NCBI GenBank assembly: GCA_016181405.1
Contig: JACOZJ010000002.1
Location: 10,608 to 74,607, forward strand
Length of the DNA: 64,000 bases
Source: Candidatus Wildermuthbacteria bacterium
Lineage (GTDB): Bacteria; Patescibacteriota; Minisyncoccia; Minisyncoccales; UBA10102
Direction of reading: 5' to 3'
The notes below the pieces were generated by a model that was not told the DNA's origin, searched no databases, and saw nothing but the letters and a program-made list of their open reading frames with translations. The position numbers and the translations under genes were made by a program. Numbering within the stretch: the stretch's first letter is position 1; every line of letters begins with the position of its first letter. This document shows, piece after piece, positions 26,788 to 35,794 of the stretch.

Positions 26788-28704
26788 TTATGGGGTGGGC
26801 GTATAGTTTGGGACAATGGTTTGAAGAATATGTACAATCCCCTCCCTTTTCCCCTCTTGGATAGATTCTTGTAAACGCTCAAGCCCTCCTTGAAGCGTAG
26901 ATTCCTCGACGGGAGCAAGTTTCGCCATAAAGATTTTCTCATTTTTTGTAGCTTCAGTTCCCTCTTCCGCGGTCAAGATATCTTCAAAAAACTTTTCGCC
27001 GGGGCGCGGACCCACAAACACAATAGGAATATCCTGATCTGGTTCATATCCTGAAAGCCGGATCATTTCTTTTGCCAAATCTACAATCTTGATTGGTTTC
27101 CCCATATCAAGAACAAATACTTCACCTCCTCGTCCTATTGCGCCAGCTTCCAGCACCAAAAGACATGCTTCAGGAGTGCTCATAAAATATCTCCTCATGT
27201 CAGGATGAGTTACGGTTACCGGTCCGCCCTTTTTAATCTGTTCTCGGAAGATGGGTATAACGCTTCCTCTGCTATCCAATACATTGCCAAATCGCACAGA
27301 AACAAACTTCGTATGGTCTTTCGCATTGAGCCTCTGGCATATCATTTCCCCAACCCGCTTCGTTGCTCCCATCAAAGAAGTTGGATTCACGGCTTTATCG
27401 GTTGAAATAAACACAAATTTTTCTACCCCTTTGTCGCTTGCAAGTTGCGCAATAGTCCTTGTCCCAAAGATATTATTCTTTACTGCTTCGTCTGCGTGAA
27501 GCTCCATTAAAGGCACATGTTTGTAGGCAGCTGCGTGAAAAATAATGTCGGGTTTGTATTCGTCGAGCACAGAACTCATTTTCTGCTTGTCGCAGATATC
27601 CGCAACAACAGAAACTATCCCCAGTTCCAACTGCGCATTTGCTGGAACATTCTGCCGAGGGTACTTTTCGTGGAGTTCGCGATCAATATGAAAAATTCCA
27701 GTTTCGTCCTGGTCTACAAGAATCAACCCGTTAGGAGAAAAACGCATAATCTGCCGACACAATTCAGCCCCGATAGACCCTGCTGCTCCGGTTACCAATA
27801 CTCTCTTTCGCGCGATAAACTCGCGAATCGCCTGCTCATCCAACGCAACTTGTTCTCTCCCCATAAGATCTTCCACCTGTACTTCCCGCAGACTGCGAAT
27901 AGAAATTTGCCCTCCGATCAATTCTGAAAGCGGTGGCACAATTTGTATTTTTTCCAAGCCTGCCTTACGCCCTAACTCTACTGCCGTTTTAATTTGTGCT
28001 GAATATTGCGCGGGAAGAGCAATAATGATAGCTTCAATTTCATGTTCCCGCACAATTCGCTCTATGGCGTTGATTTCCCCAAGCACTCGTATCCCATGAA
28101 TAGTGGCGCCCACCCGAGAAGAATTTATATCCACAAACCCTACTGGAAGATACCTGCTTTTTTGAGACTGTAAAATACTTCGAAGAATTTCTTCGCCTTC
28201 GTCGCGCGCCCCCACAATAAGCGTTCGCTCCTTTTCCTTCTTCCCTCTGTGTTCTGTATCCCACTGTAAATACATGCGCTTGGAGAAACGCAGTCCGCCC
28301 ATAAACAAAAACAGCAGAATATAGGTAAGCAAGAATACAGAGCGGGGAAATCCAGAGAAAAACTCCGCTGTCCGTAACACAAGAAATAGCAGACCTGTCA
28401 CTATTGCGCTTACAAACAAAGCCTGGGCTAAAAGCAGGAGATCTCCAATGCTCACATACGCCCAAGTAAAAGAGTACAGCCGGAACAACAAGAAGACTGG
28501 AATGGTTGCCCCCAGCACAAGCGCAAGCCCTGCCCAAAAACCTCCTCCTTCAAAATATTGTTGAGGAATAGTCCCTTCAAAACGTAAGAGAAATGCGAGC
28601 GTTACAGCAGCCGCAACCGAAACGATATCAACTCCAAGAAAAAACGCGAAACGCTTTTTTCGCGTCCGTTCTAGCATTTTTTTCTGCAGCTCTTTGAAAT
28701 TCAT
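26788..28704 (-). CDS. CapD/PglF-like nucleotide-sugar 4,6-dehydratase
   Basis: Four TMs, TGAAGSIG, HAAAYKHVP, STDKAV, RFGNVL. Confidence 0.93.
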   Translation of the reverse strand: MNFKELQKKMLERTRKKRFAFFLGVDIVSVAAAVTLAFLLRFEGTIPQQYFEGGGFWAGLALVLGATIPVFLLFRLYSFTWAYVSIGDLLLLAQALFVSAIVTGLLFLVLRTAEFFSGFPRSVFLLTYILLFLFMGGLRFSKRMYLQWDTEHRGKKEKERTLIVGARDEGEEILRSILQSQKSRYLPVGFVDINSSRVGATIHGIRVLGEINAIERIVREHEIEAIIIALPAQYSAQIKTAVELGRKAGLEKIQIVPPLSELIGGQISIRSLREVQVEDLMGREQVALDEQAIREFIARKRVLVTGAAGSIGAELCRQIMRFSPNGLILVDQDETGIFHIDRELHEKYPRQNVPANAQLELGIVSVVADICDKQKMSSVLDEYKPDIIFHAAAYKHVPLMELHADEAVKNNIFGTRTIAQLASDKGVEKFVFISTDKAVNPTSLMGATKRVGEMICQRLNAKDHTKFVSVRFGNVLDSRGSVIPIFREQIKKGGPVTVTHPDMRRYFMSTPEACLLVLEAGAIGRGGEVFVLDMGKPIKIVDLAKEMIRLSGYEPDQDIPIVFVGPRPGEKFFEDILTAEEGTEATKNEKIFMAKLAPVEESTLQGGLERLQESIQEGKREGIVHILQTIVPNYTPTP

Positions 28705-28716
28705 AGTTCGACAGGT

Positions 28717-29883
28717 TTACTGCGCATAGAAACCCTTCACCTGTTCGATCACGTACTGCACCTGCTCTAAGGTGAGCTCCGGATACATAGGGAAAGACAA
28801 CACTTCTCTGCAGATTTTTTCGGTTTCGGGCAATCCGCCAGCTGGCGGATGCACATCGCCGCCAGCGCTTACTAAACGGGGCATCCCACCTTGTACAAAT
28901 ACCGGCTCTTTGTACGTTGGTGTTCCCCACGAAATCATAGTTTCCACCCCCTGTTCTTGGAGAAACTTTGCAAGCTCGTCTCTGCGTTCGGCCCGTATAA
29001 CGTAATTGGTATAGATATCAGAGAAGCGAGGATCGCCAAAGTGCGGCACTTGCACTTGAGCTACTCCCCCTAACCCTTGATGATACAGTTCAGCTATCTC
29101 TTTTCTTCTTTGAAGCCACTGGGGGAAATATTTGAACTTCACTTGCAAAAGTGCGGCCTGAAGGTTATCCATCAAAAAATTGTGAGCATGATAGTAAAAA
29201 TGTCGGTCTTCACGATTCTCGCCGTTGTAGCGCATCAGTCTTGCTTTTTCGGCAATCGCAGGATCATTCGTTGTAATCATTCCACTGCCACCAAAACCCC
29301 CCAGTGCTTTTGCCCAGTACAAACTGAAACATCCCGCAACGCCGAAAGATCCGGCTGACTGCGCAGCGCCGTCTGCCATCTTCATACTGGCGCCTAGAGA
29401 CTGCGCCGCATCTTCTATGACTATCAAACCCTTGCGCTTTGCGATATCCATGATCACTTCCATGTCGCACAGCCGTCCGTTTAAGTGTACGGGCATAATG
29501 GCTTTTGTTTTGGGCGTGATGGCTTTTTCCAAAAGTCTCGTATCCATATTAAAATCTTGGCCAACATCCACGAGCACCGGTGTTGCTCCTGCAAGATATA
29601 TAGAAGATATGCTCGCGATAAACGTGTGAGCCACAGTAATTACCTCATCCCCCTGGCCGATGCCGGCTGCTTGCAAAGCCACGTCTAAAGCCGACGTGCC
29701 AGAGTTTACGCCAATACCGTACTTTACGCCCACAAACTTGGCAAAATCCTCTTCGAACTTCCAGAGCTCTTCTTTGTTTACAATTGCGCCGCGAGAAAGC
29801 GTGTCATCAAACGCCTTGATGAATTCTTCTCTATGGTCGGCATATTGTTTTGCCGGATTCGCAAACCGCACTTTGTATTCCAT
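28717..29883 (-). CDS. DegT/DnrJ sugar aminotransferase
   Basis: NSGTSAL, EDAAQ, SLYWAK (Lys retained). Confidence 0.9.
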   Translation of the reverse strand: MEYKVRFANPAKQYADHREEFIKAFDDTLSRGAIVNKEELWKFEEDFAKFVGVKYGIGVNSGTSALDVALQAAGIGQGDEVITVAHTFIASISSIYLAGATPVLVDVGQDFNMDTRLLEKAITPKTKAIMPVHLNGRLCDMEVIMDIAKRKGLIVIEDAAQSLGASMKMADGAAQSAGSFGVAGCFSLYWAKALGGFGGSGMITTNDPAIAEKARLMRYNGENREDRHFYYHAHNFLMDNLQAALLQVKFKYFPQWLQRRKEIAELYHQGLGGVAQVQVPHFGDPRFSDIYTNYVIRAERRDELAKFLQEQGVETMISWGTPTYKEPVFVQGGMPRLVSAGGDVHPPAGGLPETEKICREVLSFPMYPELTLEQVQYVIEQVKGFYAQ

Positions 29884-30028
29884 ATAGCTTTTATGGTAGC
29901 TCAAAAACTCTGCTTCCGCAAGTTTGACATTTAAGCAAAGTTATGCCACTCTTTGCAGTCGCATACCCGTAGACAGACGGTCAGAGCGATCGTCTTCTGA
30001 GCGAGTTACCAAACTCCCAAAGTCAAAA

Positions 30029-30058
30029 CCCCCACCGGTCGTATGACCGCGCCGGGGG
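30029..30058. repeat. 30-bp hairpin repeat, copy 1 (terminator-like)
   Basis: CCCCCACCGGTCGTATGACCGCGCCGGGGG; 29/30 identical to 31355-31384. Confidence 0.9.
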
Positions 30059-30077
30059 ATTTTCTTTTAGTTTAAAA

Positions 30078-30539
30078 TTATGCCTGTCCAACTTTAATTT
30101 TACCTCCTGGGACACAAATGCTAATTTCCATTCCATAAGCCACTCCGGGAATTTTTACGCTTAAAAGTTCTACTGTATCATCGGCATGCGACTTTACGTC
30201 TGACGGACATGGGTAGTAAATATACCCTTCGTACTCCTTCCTCTCATAGTCGATCAATGTTTTTACGAACCAGAATGTCTCTGTAAGTTCTTCAAACCAC
30301 GTGCAAGTCACCCGATAATCTGGTTCAACTATCTTAAATGTGAACGGAGATATATCTACATTAATAGTACCACTATACATTTCGGAAATGCCCTCTACTC
30401 CCGCTTTCTCAAAGAATGGTTTTTGCAGAGCAATCGTATTGTTGAGTTTCATTCCGAGCTTAACTGGCGGATTTGGGTTCAAACCAGACGCTATTCTTAA
30501 CCCCTGTTTTATTTTCCCTTTTACCATTACTTCTTTCAT
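30078..30539 (-). CDS. CTP-dependent riboflavin kinase-like (DUF120-like) protein
   Basis: KG.IKQGLRIAS...QKPFF...MYSGTINV...VELLS pattern; family call by motif memory. Confidence 0.5.
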   Translation of the reverse strand: MKEVMVKGKIKQGLRIASGLNPNPPVKLGMKLNNTIALQKPFFEKAGVEGISEMYSGTINVDISPFTFKIVEPDYRVTCTWFEELTETFWFVKTLIDYERKEYEGYIYYPCPSDVKSHADDTVELLSVKIPGVAYGMEISICVPGGKIKVGQA

Positions 30540-30640
30540 GGAAGTATTATACGTTAAAATCCTCTTTCCGCAAATTTGACAAGCTATAAAAATTGTGCTA
30601 CTATTCCCCCAGTATCACCGCTCATAGGAAGGAGAGCGCG

Positions 30641-31345
30641 ATGGCGATCAAAGGGGTTGCCTTCGACCTGGAAGACACGGTTATTCATGTTGGTAACGTG
30701 CACTTTGAAGCATTCGCCCGTGCGGCGGAAGAGATCGGCGTCATATTCGACCGGAACAATCTGGCCGCAGACATCGCCCGCCAAATTGAGAATGCCATTG
30801 GAGGCGGAGACGCACTCATTGCCGAAGGCATCTCGCAATTATCGGGTAGGAGTGCTGCCGGAGCAGAGATTCGGCGCCGCAAGGTGAGGTTTTACGACGA
30901 GATCATAGAAGGCTTCGTTTCGATCGAACCTCGCCCTGGATTTTTGGACGTTCTGGAGCAAATTCGCACCCGGGGATTTCCAATAGCGATTGCATCGATG
31001 ACTCCGAGGAGGCAGGCGGAAATCCTGCTCGAGCGGTCGGGTATTGCCAAGATTTTCCCGGGAAACCTCATTCTTCTCGAGGATTCTGTGAAGCACCTCA
31101 AGCCGGCGCCTGATGTGTATCTTGAGGCGGCACGACGGATGGGGATTCCCCCGTCCAAACAGCTTGTCTTCGAAGATTCGGCCACCGGCATCAAGGCGGC
31201 TCGCGCTGCTGGATCGCCGGTAATCGCAATGCCCGGCTACACCTTCTCGGAGAATCTAACGAAACTCCGGGAAGCGGGTGCCACCAAGATCTTCTATGGT
31301 TGGGAGGAAGTGGACATCGCCGCTCTCCTCCAAGAGTTCGACTAA
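30641..31345 (+). CDS. HAD family phosphatase (cassette)
   Basis: FDLEDT, KPAPDVY, VFEDS; TTGACA-17-TACTAT and SD AAGGAG. Confidence 0.88.
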   Translation: MAIKGVAFDLEDTVIHVGNVHFEAFARAAEEIGVIFDRNNLAADIARQIENAIGGGDALIAEGISQLSGRSAAGAEIRRRKVRFYDEIIEGFVSIEPRPGFLDVLEQIRTRGFPIAIASMTPRRQAEILLERSGIAKIFPGNLILLEDSVKHLKPAPDVYLEAARRMGIPPSKQLVFEDSATGIKAARAAGSPVIAMPGYTFSENLTKLREAGATKIFYGWEEVDIAALLQEFD

Positions 31346-31354
31346 ACCACCAAG

Positions 31355-31384
31355 CCCCCGCCGGTCGTATGACCGCGCCGGGGG
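31355..31384. repeat. 30-bp hairpin repeat, copy 2 (terminator-like)
   Basis: CCCCCGCCGGTCGTATGACCGCGCCGGGGG followed by T tract. Confidence 0.9.
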
Positions 31385-31500
31385 CTTCTTTCTTTTTTTA
31401 GGAGAGATTTTTTATCCAGTCCCCAATAGCCTCTTAGGAACTTTGCTCTTGAGAGGCTTATTTATTGATTTAGGAGAATGAATTTATTACAGTGGAAAGT

Positions 31501-32160
31501 ATGAGTTATCGAACAAAAGCAGTCATTTTTGATATGGATGGTACTCTTGTGAATACCGACGCCGTAACCCCTGAATTAGAGAAAAATATGTTGAAAGATT
31601 TGGGAGTTCCATACACCGATGAGTTTGAAAAAGAAATCAGCGGTTTGTCCATACGCGAATTGTACAGCCTTATACAAAAAAAATACGTTCCTGACTTTTC
31701 GGTAGAGAAGGCGAATAAAGCATACGCAGATCTCGCAAAAACAGTATACCAAGAACGATCGAGTTTAATGCCTGGGGCAAAGGAATTAATCTTTCTGTTG
31801 CAAAGAAAACATATTCCTATGGCTATAGCTTCCGCCGCACCCAAAGAATGGATCGATATGTTTGTGAAACGATTTGAATTTGAGGAAACATTTCAGCATC
31901 TTCTTTCGATACACTCCATGCAACTTCCTTCCAAGCCTAATCCAGCAATTTTCAACGAAGCAATCCAACTTTTAAACGTAGAGCCGCAAGATACGGTAAT
32001 TTTTGAGGATACGGCGAGAGGTGTTCAGGCAGGGAAGATGGCTGGCGCTCGCGTGGTCGCGGTGCCAGACAAAAGATGGAGTTTTGGAGATTTCAGCTCG
32101 GCAGATCTTGTTGCGAACACTCTGCAAGATCCAAATATAATCCCTTTTCTATTTTCCTAA
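31501..32160 (+). CDS. HAD family phosphatase
   Basis: FDMDGTL, KPNPAIF, IFED. Confidence 0.9.
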   Translation: MSYRTKAVIFDMDGTLVNTDAVTPELEKNMLKDLGVPYTDEFEKEISGLSIRELYSLIQKKYVPDFSVEKANKAYADLAKTVYQERSSLMPGAKELIFLLQRKHIPMAIASAAPKEWIDMFVKRFEFEETFQHLLSIHSMQLPSKPNPAIFNEAIQLLNVEPQDTVIFEDTARGVQAGKMAGARVVAVPDKRWSFGDFSSADLVANTLQDPNIIPFLFS

Positions 32161-33381
32161 CGTTTCCGTCCAAACGCGGAGACGTTGGAAACCTTCGTCA
32201 ATTTCTTCGGGACTGCAGGCAAAAGAAAAACGAAGGTGGCCTTCGCCATAAGGGCCAAACGCAACGCCCGGAATCGTAACGACCTTGGCTTCTTGTAAGA
32301 TCTTCACGGCAAGTTCGGCAGACCCCAATCCAGACTTTTGATATTTCGCAAGAATATAATAAGCGCCTTGCGGTTTTTTATACTCAAAAAATCCAGAAAG
32401 TTCGTCTAACTTCTTACACATTAACTCACGGTTTTCCGTGAGTTTTTCTACAAACTCCGCAACGCTCTTTTGATCTCCGCGCAAAGCCGTAATGACTGCC
32501 TTTTGCGAAATGGCAGGCGCGCAAATAGCAAGAGCGTCGTGCACCTTAAGCATATGCGCCATAATGCCTTGCTCTGCAAACGCATATCCTACCCGGTAGC
32601 CGGTAAGAGCGTATTTTTTCGAAAAGCTTCCGCACAGAATAACACGATCTCGAATATCGGAAAAGGAAGCTGGAGAAACATGTGTTTTCCCTTCATAGAC
32701 AAGAAAGTCATATGTTTCGTCGGTTATAAGAACAAGGTCATGTTCTTTCGCGAGATCTGCCAAAATTCGCAGTTCCTCTTGGGCAAATACTGTTCCCGTG
32801 GGATTGGAAGGGTGTGAGAATAAAATCGCTTTTGTTTTTGGGCTCACCTTTTCGAGCAGAGCTTCTTTGTTTAAATGCCACCCGCGATCTTCATCTAAAG
32901 GCACAAACACTGGCACGCCGCCCAGCTGAAGAATTTGTTCTGAATACGATGCAAACGAAGGCGAAAGCAACAGTACTTCGTCGCCTTCGTCGACCACCGT
33001 AACCAAAGCGCACATAACGGCTTCCTGGCAGCCGGAACTTATCATAACTTCGCGAGAGAATTTTACGTTCTCAACCCCCTTTCTTGCCATTAAGTCTTTT
33101 GCCACAAGCTCTCGCAATTCTGTAATGCCGGGCTCCAAGGTATAGCGAGCAGTATCTCTTTCTTGCAGCGCCGCGCGGATGCCTTCCTTAATGTACTCTG
33201 GCGTATCGAAATATGGGATGCCCTGCCCAAAAGAAACAATTGTTGCTCCAGTATCTTGGCGCACCTCATCTGCCAGAATCGACATTTCTTTAATAGGCGA
33301 GAGAACGATTCTCTGCACGCGCTCTGAAATATTTTTTGTCCGGACCTCGCGACCCAAAGCCCCAAAAGCAGACCTATGCAT
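32149..33381 (-). CDS. Class I/II PLP aminotransferase
   Basis: PSNPTG, DETY, SFSKKYALTGYRVG. Confidence 0.92.
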   Translation of the reverse strand: MHRSAFGALGREVRTKNISERVQRIVLSPIKEMSILADEVRQDTGATIVSFGQGIPYFDTPEYIKEGIRAALQERDTARYTLEPGITELRELVAKDLMARKGVENVKFSREVMISSGCQEAVMCALVTVVDEGDEVLLLSPSFASYSEQILQLGGVPVFVPLDEDRGWHLNKEALLEKVSPKTKAILFSHPSNPTGTVFAQEELRILADLAKEHDLVLITDETYDFLVYEGKTHVSPASFSDIRDRVILCGSFSKKYALTGYRVGYAFAEQGIMAHMLKVHDALAICAPAISQKAVITALRGDQKSVAEFVEKLTENRELMCKKLDELSGFFEYKKPQGAYYILAKYQKSGLGSAELAVKILQEAKVVTIPGVAFGPYGEGHLRFSFACSPEEIDEGFQRLRVWTETLGK

Positions 33382-33494
33382 ATAAAAATATTATACTCTT
33401 GTACTCACAACCCCGCAACTTGACACTTCCTTAAACTTACATTATACTAGCACCCACTGGAGATCCCAGCACACCATGGAGCAGGAGGCCAGAG

Positions 33495-34265
33495 ATGGTA
33501 GAGAAAGTCCGAGTGGACAATATCGCCAGCGTGGGGATCATCTACAGGAGGTTCCACCCAGACCAGATCTTGATTGACATCAAGGATGGAGGGTATCCGC
33601 TCAAGGCATTCAGGTGGATGCTCTGCCCCATCGGAGGAAACTGGATCGGGCCTACAGCCCGCAACGACCAGAACACCCGAGATACCTTGATCCGCGAGAT
33701 GAGCGAGGAACTCTCTCTCGATTCGAGGGAAACCTCCACGGAAGACGCAGCGCTGCTGGGCCTCGAGCCCGAGCAAGCGACATACGTGGTTCCCAAGAAG
33801 GGCGTTGCGTCGACCGACGAAGATCGCGAGAAGCTCGGGCGCCTCAAGGGGGCCTTCGCAAACACTGCAGAGCCCTTCGGTGATTTCCTAGTCAACGTAC
33901 CGAAGTCGGTGCTCGACCGGGGAGTCCCCGACAACACCCGGCCAGGTTACACTTCCATCCTTTCCTACTGGCGCGTGCCAGTGGACGAAGAGGATTGGGC
34001 GACTCTCGTCGATATGCATGCAAAGTACGGCAACCTCTCTGTCGAGAGTATAGCCGTAATCATCTCGCTCGAAGAAATCGTGACCACGCGCAGGCACACC
34101 TGCTGCGGCCACGATCGGATCCTGCAACAATGGTTTGCGAGCATGGGGTGCGTCGAAACGATGCATCTCCCCCTGCTCCCTGATATCTTCTGCGCCTACC
34201 TCCATCAACCGCTCGCGAGCTACGAAGAGTACCTCGAGCGGTACGAGGTAGTCAGGCACCCCTAG
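33495..34265 (+). CDS. Divergent NUDIX-like protein (cassette)
   Basis: IGGNW...TLIREMSEEL; TTGACA-17-TATACT; SD AGGAGG. Confidence 0.7.
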   Translation: MVEKVRVDNIASVGIIYRRFHPDQILIDIKDGGYPLKAFRWMLCPIGGNWIGPTARNDQNTRDTLIREMSEELSLDSRETSTEDAALLGLEPEQATYVVPKKGVASTDEDREKLGRLKGAFANTAEPFGDFLVNVPKSVLDRGVPDNTRPGYTSILSYWRVPVDEEDWATLVDMHAKYGNLSVESIAVIISLEEIVTTRRHTCCGHDRILQQWFASMGCVETMHLPLLPDIFCAYLHQPLASYEEYLERYEVVRHP

Positions 34266-34273
34266 CACCTTTC

Positions 34274-34336
34274 AAGCGCCTGGCGGAAATTCGTTTTCGT
34301 ATCAACGACAACGAACCCGCTCGGCGCTTCTTTTTT
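34274..34336. terminator. Long interrupted hairpin with T tract
   Basis: AAGCGCC-T-GGCGG...TTCGTT...AACGAA-C-CCGCT-C-GGCGCTT-CTTTTTT. Confidence 0.7.
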
Positions 34337-34407
34337 AGTTGACAACCGCAAAAAAAGTGGTAAGCTTTAACCACGAGGAATCGTAAACTACCGAAGGAGT
34401 TTCAAGC

Positions 34408-35247
34408 ATGGAGAACCTACAAGAAGAGCGTTGGCTCGCAATTGAGCTCGCGGTCCGCGGGGGCGAGATGATCCAAACAGCTCTCTCCTCTGCCAGATCT
34501 CCCGAGGCAATCGGGCGCAGGTGGTCGCGCGCGCGCCACACCGAAATCAAAACCAAGATCGACAAAGATGTCGATGATATGTTGAGAGGCGAAATCCAGC
34601 GCGCTTTTCTGGACGATGCGATTCTCTCTGAAGAGAATGCGCCTCGAGAAGGAAAGTCTGGGAGAGTTTGGGTCATTGATCCAATCGACGGCACTCTCAA
34701 CCTCCAAGATCCGCTTTTCGGAACATTTGGAGTATGCGTGGCTCTCGCGGTGGACAACGTCCCAGTCTTGGGAGTTGTCTTCTCGCCTGATGTAAGGGCT
34801 GGACGCGGTGGACGCATTTGGATCGGAGAAGAAGGCAAGCAAGCGCTTTACTCTCCCGATTATCCCAATGTGGAACCCACGGGAACGCACGTTTCTGACT
34901 GCGCCATACGCAATCACGCGATCGGCGCTTTCGACTCGGGCAAACACGATCGGGCTGTCGTGTATCCCTACGTGAAAAAACTGGATCACGACACAGCCGG
35001 CGTGACCTGCGTATACCGCATTGCTTCAGCATCCATGTCTCTTGCTGCGGTTGCAACTGGAGATTGGGATTTTTACGGTGCCACTTCTGCAGAATCCGAA
35101 GACCTATCAGCGATGGTCCCAATCTTGAAAGGCACCGGAGCTGTAGTCACCACTCTCGACGGCCGGCCGTGGACCATTAAAGAACCGTCGATCCTGACGG
35201 CCAACTCTGTACTCCATGGCGATCTCCTGCAGTACCTTAACTCATAG
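34408..35247 (+). CDS. Inositol monophosphatase family (cassette)
   Basis: SEE, DPIDGT; TTGACA-16-TAAGCT; SD AAGGAG. Confidence 0.85.
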   Translation: MENLQEERWLAIELAVRGGEMIQTALSSARSPEAIGRRWSRARHTEIKTKIDKDVDDMLRGEIQRAFLDDAILSEENAPREGKSGRVWVIDPIDGTLNLQDPLFGTFGVCVALAVDNVPVLGVVFSPDVRAGRGGRIWIGEEGKQALYSPDYPNVEPTGTHVSDCAIRNHAIGAFDSGKHDRAVVYPYVKKLDHDTAGVTCVYRIASASMSLAAVATGDWDFYGATSAESEDLSAMVPILKGTGAVVTTLDGRPWTIKEPSILTANSVLHGDLLQYLNS

Positions 35248-35286
35248 AACACAAGCCCCTGCTGTTGCCGGCAAGGGGATTTTCTT

Positions 35287-35793
35287 TTACAGGCGGATGT
35301 AGGCGGGGCCGTGCTCTACGTATGTTTTTTGGATAATATCCCGAGTTTCTTCCGGATCTTTTGGAATATACGTTTTCATTCCAGGCAGTTTGCTCAAAAA
35401 ATCAATTTCTTCGTCATCCCGCAAAAGATTGTGAGAAAACCCGAGGAACTTATATTTTTCAGACCCCTTCACCCCGAGGATTTTCACATTCGCTCCATGC
35501 ATGCAAATGGCGTTCCTCACCATCTCGTGAACTCTGAAGGTAACAAAATTAATCATGGAGTACAGATAGGGTTTCTTTCCGCTCAATGCCATGGCCGCGG
35601 CGATGATAGTTGAACTTGCCTCGGTCACGCCAAAATTGAAGAATCTTTCGGGATACAGTTTTTGGAATTTCTCTGTGTAGTTGAAACCGACGTCCGGAAT
35701 GATAAAAATAATATCCCTGTCTTTTTCTGCCAACTCGCAGAGAGTATCAATGAACGCCCGACGGTTATCTAATTGTTGTACTATTTCACCCAT
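35287..35793 (-). CDS. Transketolase pyrimidine-binding domain only
   Basis: DVGF, RFFNFGVTE, ends GPAYIRL. Confidence 0.85.
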   Translation of the reverse strand: MGEIVQQLDNRRAFIDTLCELAEKDRDIIFIIPDVGFNYTEKFQKLYPERFFNFGVTEASSTIIAAAMALSGKKPYLYSMINFVTFRVHEMVRNAICMHGANVKILGVKGSEKYKFLGFSHNLLRDDEEIDFLSKLPGMKTYIPKDPEETRDIIQKTYVEHGPAYIRL

Positions 35794-35794
35794 T

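Noticed and set aside
29900..35290. Integron cassette array (genes followed by long hairpins)
   Set aside because: The hairpins lack RYYYAAC/GTTRRRY ends, the genes have their own promoters and mixed orientation, and no intI is present.
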